Shown here piece after piece: positions 61,210 through 64,000 of a stretch of 64,000 bases of DNA. The position numbers were made by a program, and so were the translations under genes. The DNA is taken from NCBI RefSeq assembly GCF_001194135.2, contig NC_068982.1:129133180-129197179 (forward strand). Reading direction: 5' to 3'. The notes under the pieces were generated by a model that did no database searches, was not told the origin of the DNA, and worked only from the letters and a program-made list of their open reading frames with translations. Positions within the stretch are counted from its first letter, which is position 1; the number at the start of each line of letters is the position of its first letter. The stretch comes from Octopus bimaculoides (lineage: Eukaryota).

Positions 61210-61437
61210 AGAATAAGAACCAGGCTTCACAAAATGTACTGGAGTCTGTTCGTTCAACTAAATACTCTTCAAGGCGGTGCCTCTGCATGGCCGAAGTCCT
61301 TTCGGTTACTCGATAGAATTGAGACAAGACGCGTGTGTATGTATGTATGTATGCATGTATGTATGTATGCATGTATGTATGCATGTATATATATATGTAT
61401 GTATATATGTATATATGTATATGTGTATATGTGTGTG

Positions 61438-61468
<31 letters not shown>

Positions 61469-61865
61469 ATGTATATATGTANNNNNNNNNNNNNNNNNNN
61501 NNNNNNNNNNNNNNNNNNNNNNNNNNNNNNNNNNNNNNNNNNNNNNNNNNNNNNNNNNNNNNNNNNNNNNNNNNNNNNNNNNNNNNNNNNNNNNNNNNNN
61601 NNNNNNNNNNNNNNNNNNNNNNNNNNNNNNNNNNNNNNNNNNNNNNNNNNNNNNNNNNNNNNNNNNNNNNNNNNNNNNNNNNNNNNNNNNNNNNNNNNNN
61701 NNNNNNNNNNNNNNNNNNNNNNNNNNNNNNNNNNNNNNNNNNNNNNNNNNNNNNNNNNNNNNNNNNNNNNNNNNNNNNNNNNNNNNNNNNNNNNNNNNNN
61801 NNNNNNNNNNNNNNNNNNNNNNNNNNNNNNNNNNNNNNNNNNNNNNNNNNNNNNNNNNNNNNNNN

Positions 61866-61912
<47 letters not shown>

Positions 61913-62516
61913 CATATACCACAGAATCTCTGAAAACTAGAAACTAGAAACTAGAAAGTATTACATGCACACACACACACACACACACACACTTTTTATA
62001 TATTTGTGTTTCACTTTTTTTCTAGATTCTACCATTTCTCTCAACTACTTTGGCTTCTCTTCATGGTCTATCACTGGTGGCAACTTCAAAAAGTAACTTT
62101 GGATACGTTCCAATTTGTAACCTGATCCAAGCTTGTAAAGTAAGTAAGCATACAACAACTTACTGTTGAGGTTTTCCTATCTATAGATTCTCAAGACGAA
62201 TTATTTACACCATCCTTCTTCGAGTGACTATAAGTAAAACTGCGGATTGAATTATTCACACACACACACACACACCAGCATATTCTCAGACATACACATG
62301 CATTGGCGGCGAGCTGGCAGAATCGTTAGCATGCCGGGCGAAATGCTTACTGGCATTTCTTTTGACTATCTGTTCTCAGTTCAAATGCCGCCGTATCGAC
62401 TTTGTCTTTCATCTCTTCAGGGTCGATAAAATAAATACCAGCTGGGCACTGGGGTCGATTTCATCGGCTTACGCCTCTATGCTGAAATTGCTGGCCTTGT
62501 GCCAAAATTTGAAGCT

Positions 62517-62710
<194 letters not shown>

Positions 62711-63868
62711 GGTGGTGAGCTGGCAGAACCGTTAGCACGCCGGGCGAAATACTTAGCGGCATTTCGTCTGTCTTAACGTTCTGAGTTCAAATTCTGCCGA
62801 GGTCGACTTTACTTTTCATCCTTCCGGAGTTGGTAAATTAAGTAACAGTAAAACACCGGGTCGATGTAATCGACTGGTTCCCCCTCCCCCAAACTTCAGG
62901 CCTTGTGCCTTTAGTAGAAAGGATTACTATTATTATTGTTGTTGCTGTTATTTATACAGGATTATATATGTGTGTATGTATGTGTATATATATGTATGTA
63001 TGTATGNNNNNNNNNNNNNNNNNNNNNNNNNNNNNNNNNNNNNNNNNNNNNNNNNNNNNNNNNNNNNNNNNNNNNNNNNNNTATATACATATTTGAGCCA
63101 AAATTGACTTTTCTTTTACCTTTACGGTCGATAAATACAGGTAATAGCACTTTGCTTAAGAAGTTAATATTTCAAGATGTAAGCCACATGTGCGATCATT
63201 AGAAGTTTTTACATACACGTGGATAACACAGAACATTTAAAATATCTATTTAGAAACCGAAACTTTCTAGATATTAATCCACATGACATAACAAAAATTG
63301 CTTTTCTCTCTTCCTTTCTGGGTGAAGACATAAAACTTTTTTTTTTTAATTTGAGGATGGGCATAGTCGATTATACCTTTTACTATTTTGGTTTCTTTTG
63401 ATTAGATTCGCAGGTAGTGTGTTTACGAAAAACTGGACATGGTTCACTTAAGAATTCGTCAAAAGTGATAGCAACGTAAATCAAGCGAAATATTTCTAAC
63501 AGGAAATTTAAACTGCAGCGCAGTGTTAGTTTATCGGGAACTTTTCTTTTAATTGCCATTAACTCATAATAAATTACTAGAATTTGCTTATTGAACTAAT
63601 TCACCGACAGGTATGATATAAACTCGCACGCGCACACACAAATACACGCATATACGTATATGCATATATATACATATGTTGCCATTAATAGCCGATGCGA
63701 ATGCATCGTAGCTTTTCGCTCCGACATTCGAAACTCCGAGTACTATAATGACAATCTTTTTACTGCTTGTTCTAAATTGTGACATATAAATAATCCTCTA
63801 TTTCTAATATTGAAGTCTCATTTTTTTGTTGTTACTTTTTATTACTTATTATTATTATCATATTGTTG

Positions 63869-63935
<67 letters not shown>

Positions 63936-64000
63936 TTTTATTATTATTACTTTTATCATTATTATCATTTTTTGTGTGTGTATGCATATATATATATATA

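Overview
AT-rich, microsatellite-dense eukaryotic genomic DNA with nine N-gaps. The SINE/LINE content suggests an octopus-type (coleoid cephalopod) genome; this is an inference. One host protein-coding gene can be reconstructed: the 5' part of a SEC14 (CRAL-TRIO) plus spectrin-repeat gene, most like SESTD1, on the minus strand. Nine coding exons from 12597 down to 1 splice in one continuous frame through GT-AG introns, and the gene runs off the left edge. The remaining ~51 kb shows no recognisable host gene. It is a mosaic of three or more tRNA-derived SINE families, LINE remnants (RTE, CR1/L2-group, R4/Dong-like), Penelope-like elements, three mariner remnants, MITEs and simple repeats. The observations most worth following up are: (1) an asymmetric 674-bp fold-back element with a 10-bp flanking duplication (22111-22804); (2) a Merlin-like element with 28-bp TIRs and an exact 8-bp TSD; (3) an apparent CpG-decay step between the gene body and upstream DNA; (4) a Dong-like retroelement sitting in (TAA)n; (5) a recursive-splice-type exon; (6) a degenerate hammerhead-like motif at a Penelope 3' end. 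I found no CRISPR array, rRNA, bona fide tRNA or prokaryotic system. I cannot support a wholly new multi-gene system. Repeat boundaries are by eye and approximate unless a TSD or TIR is quoted.
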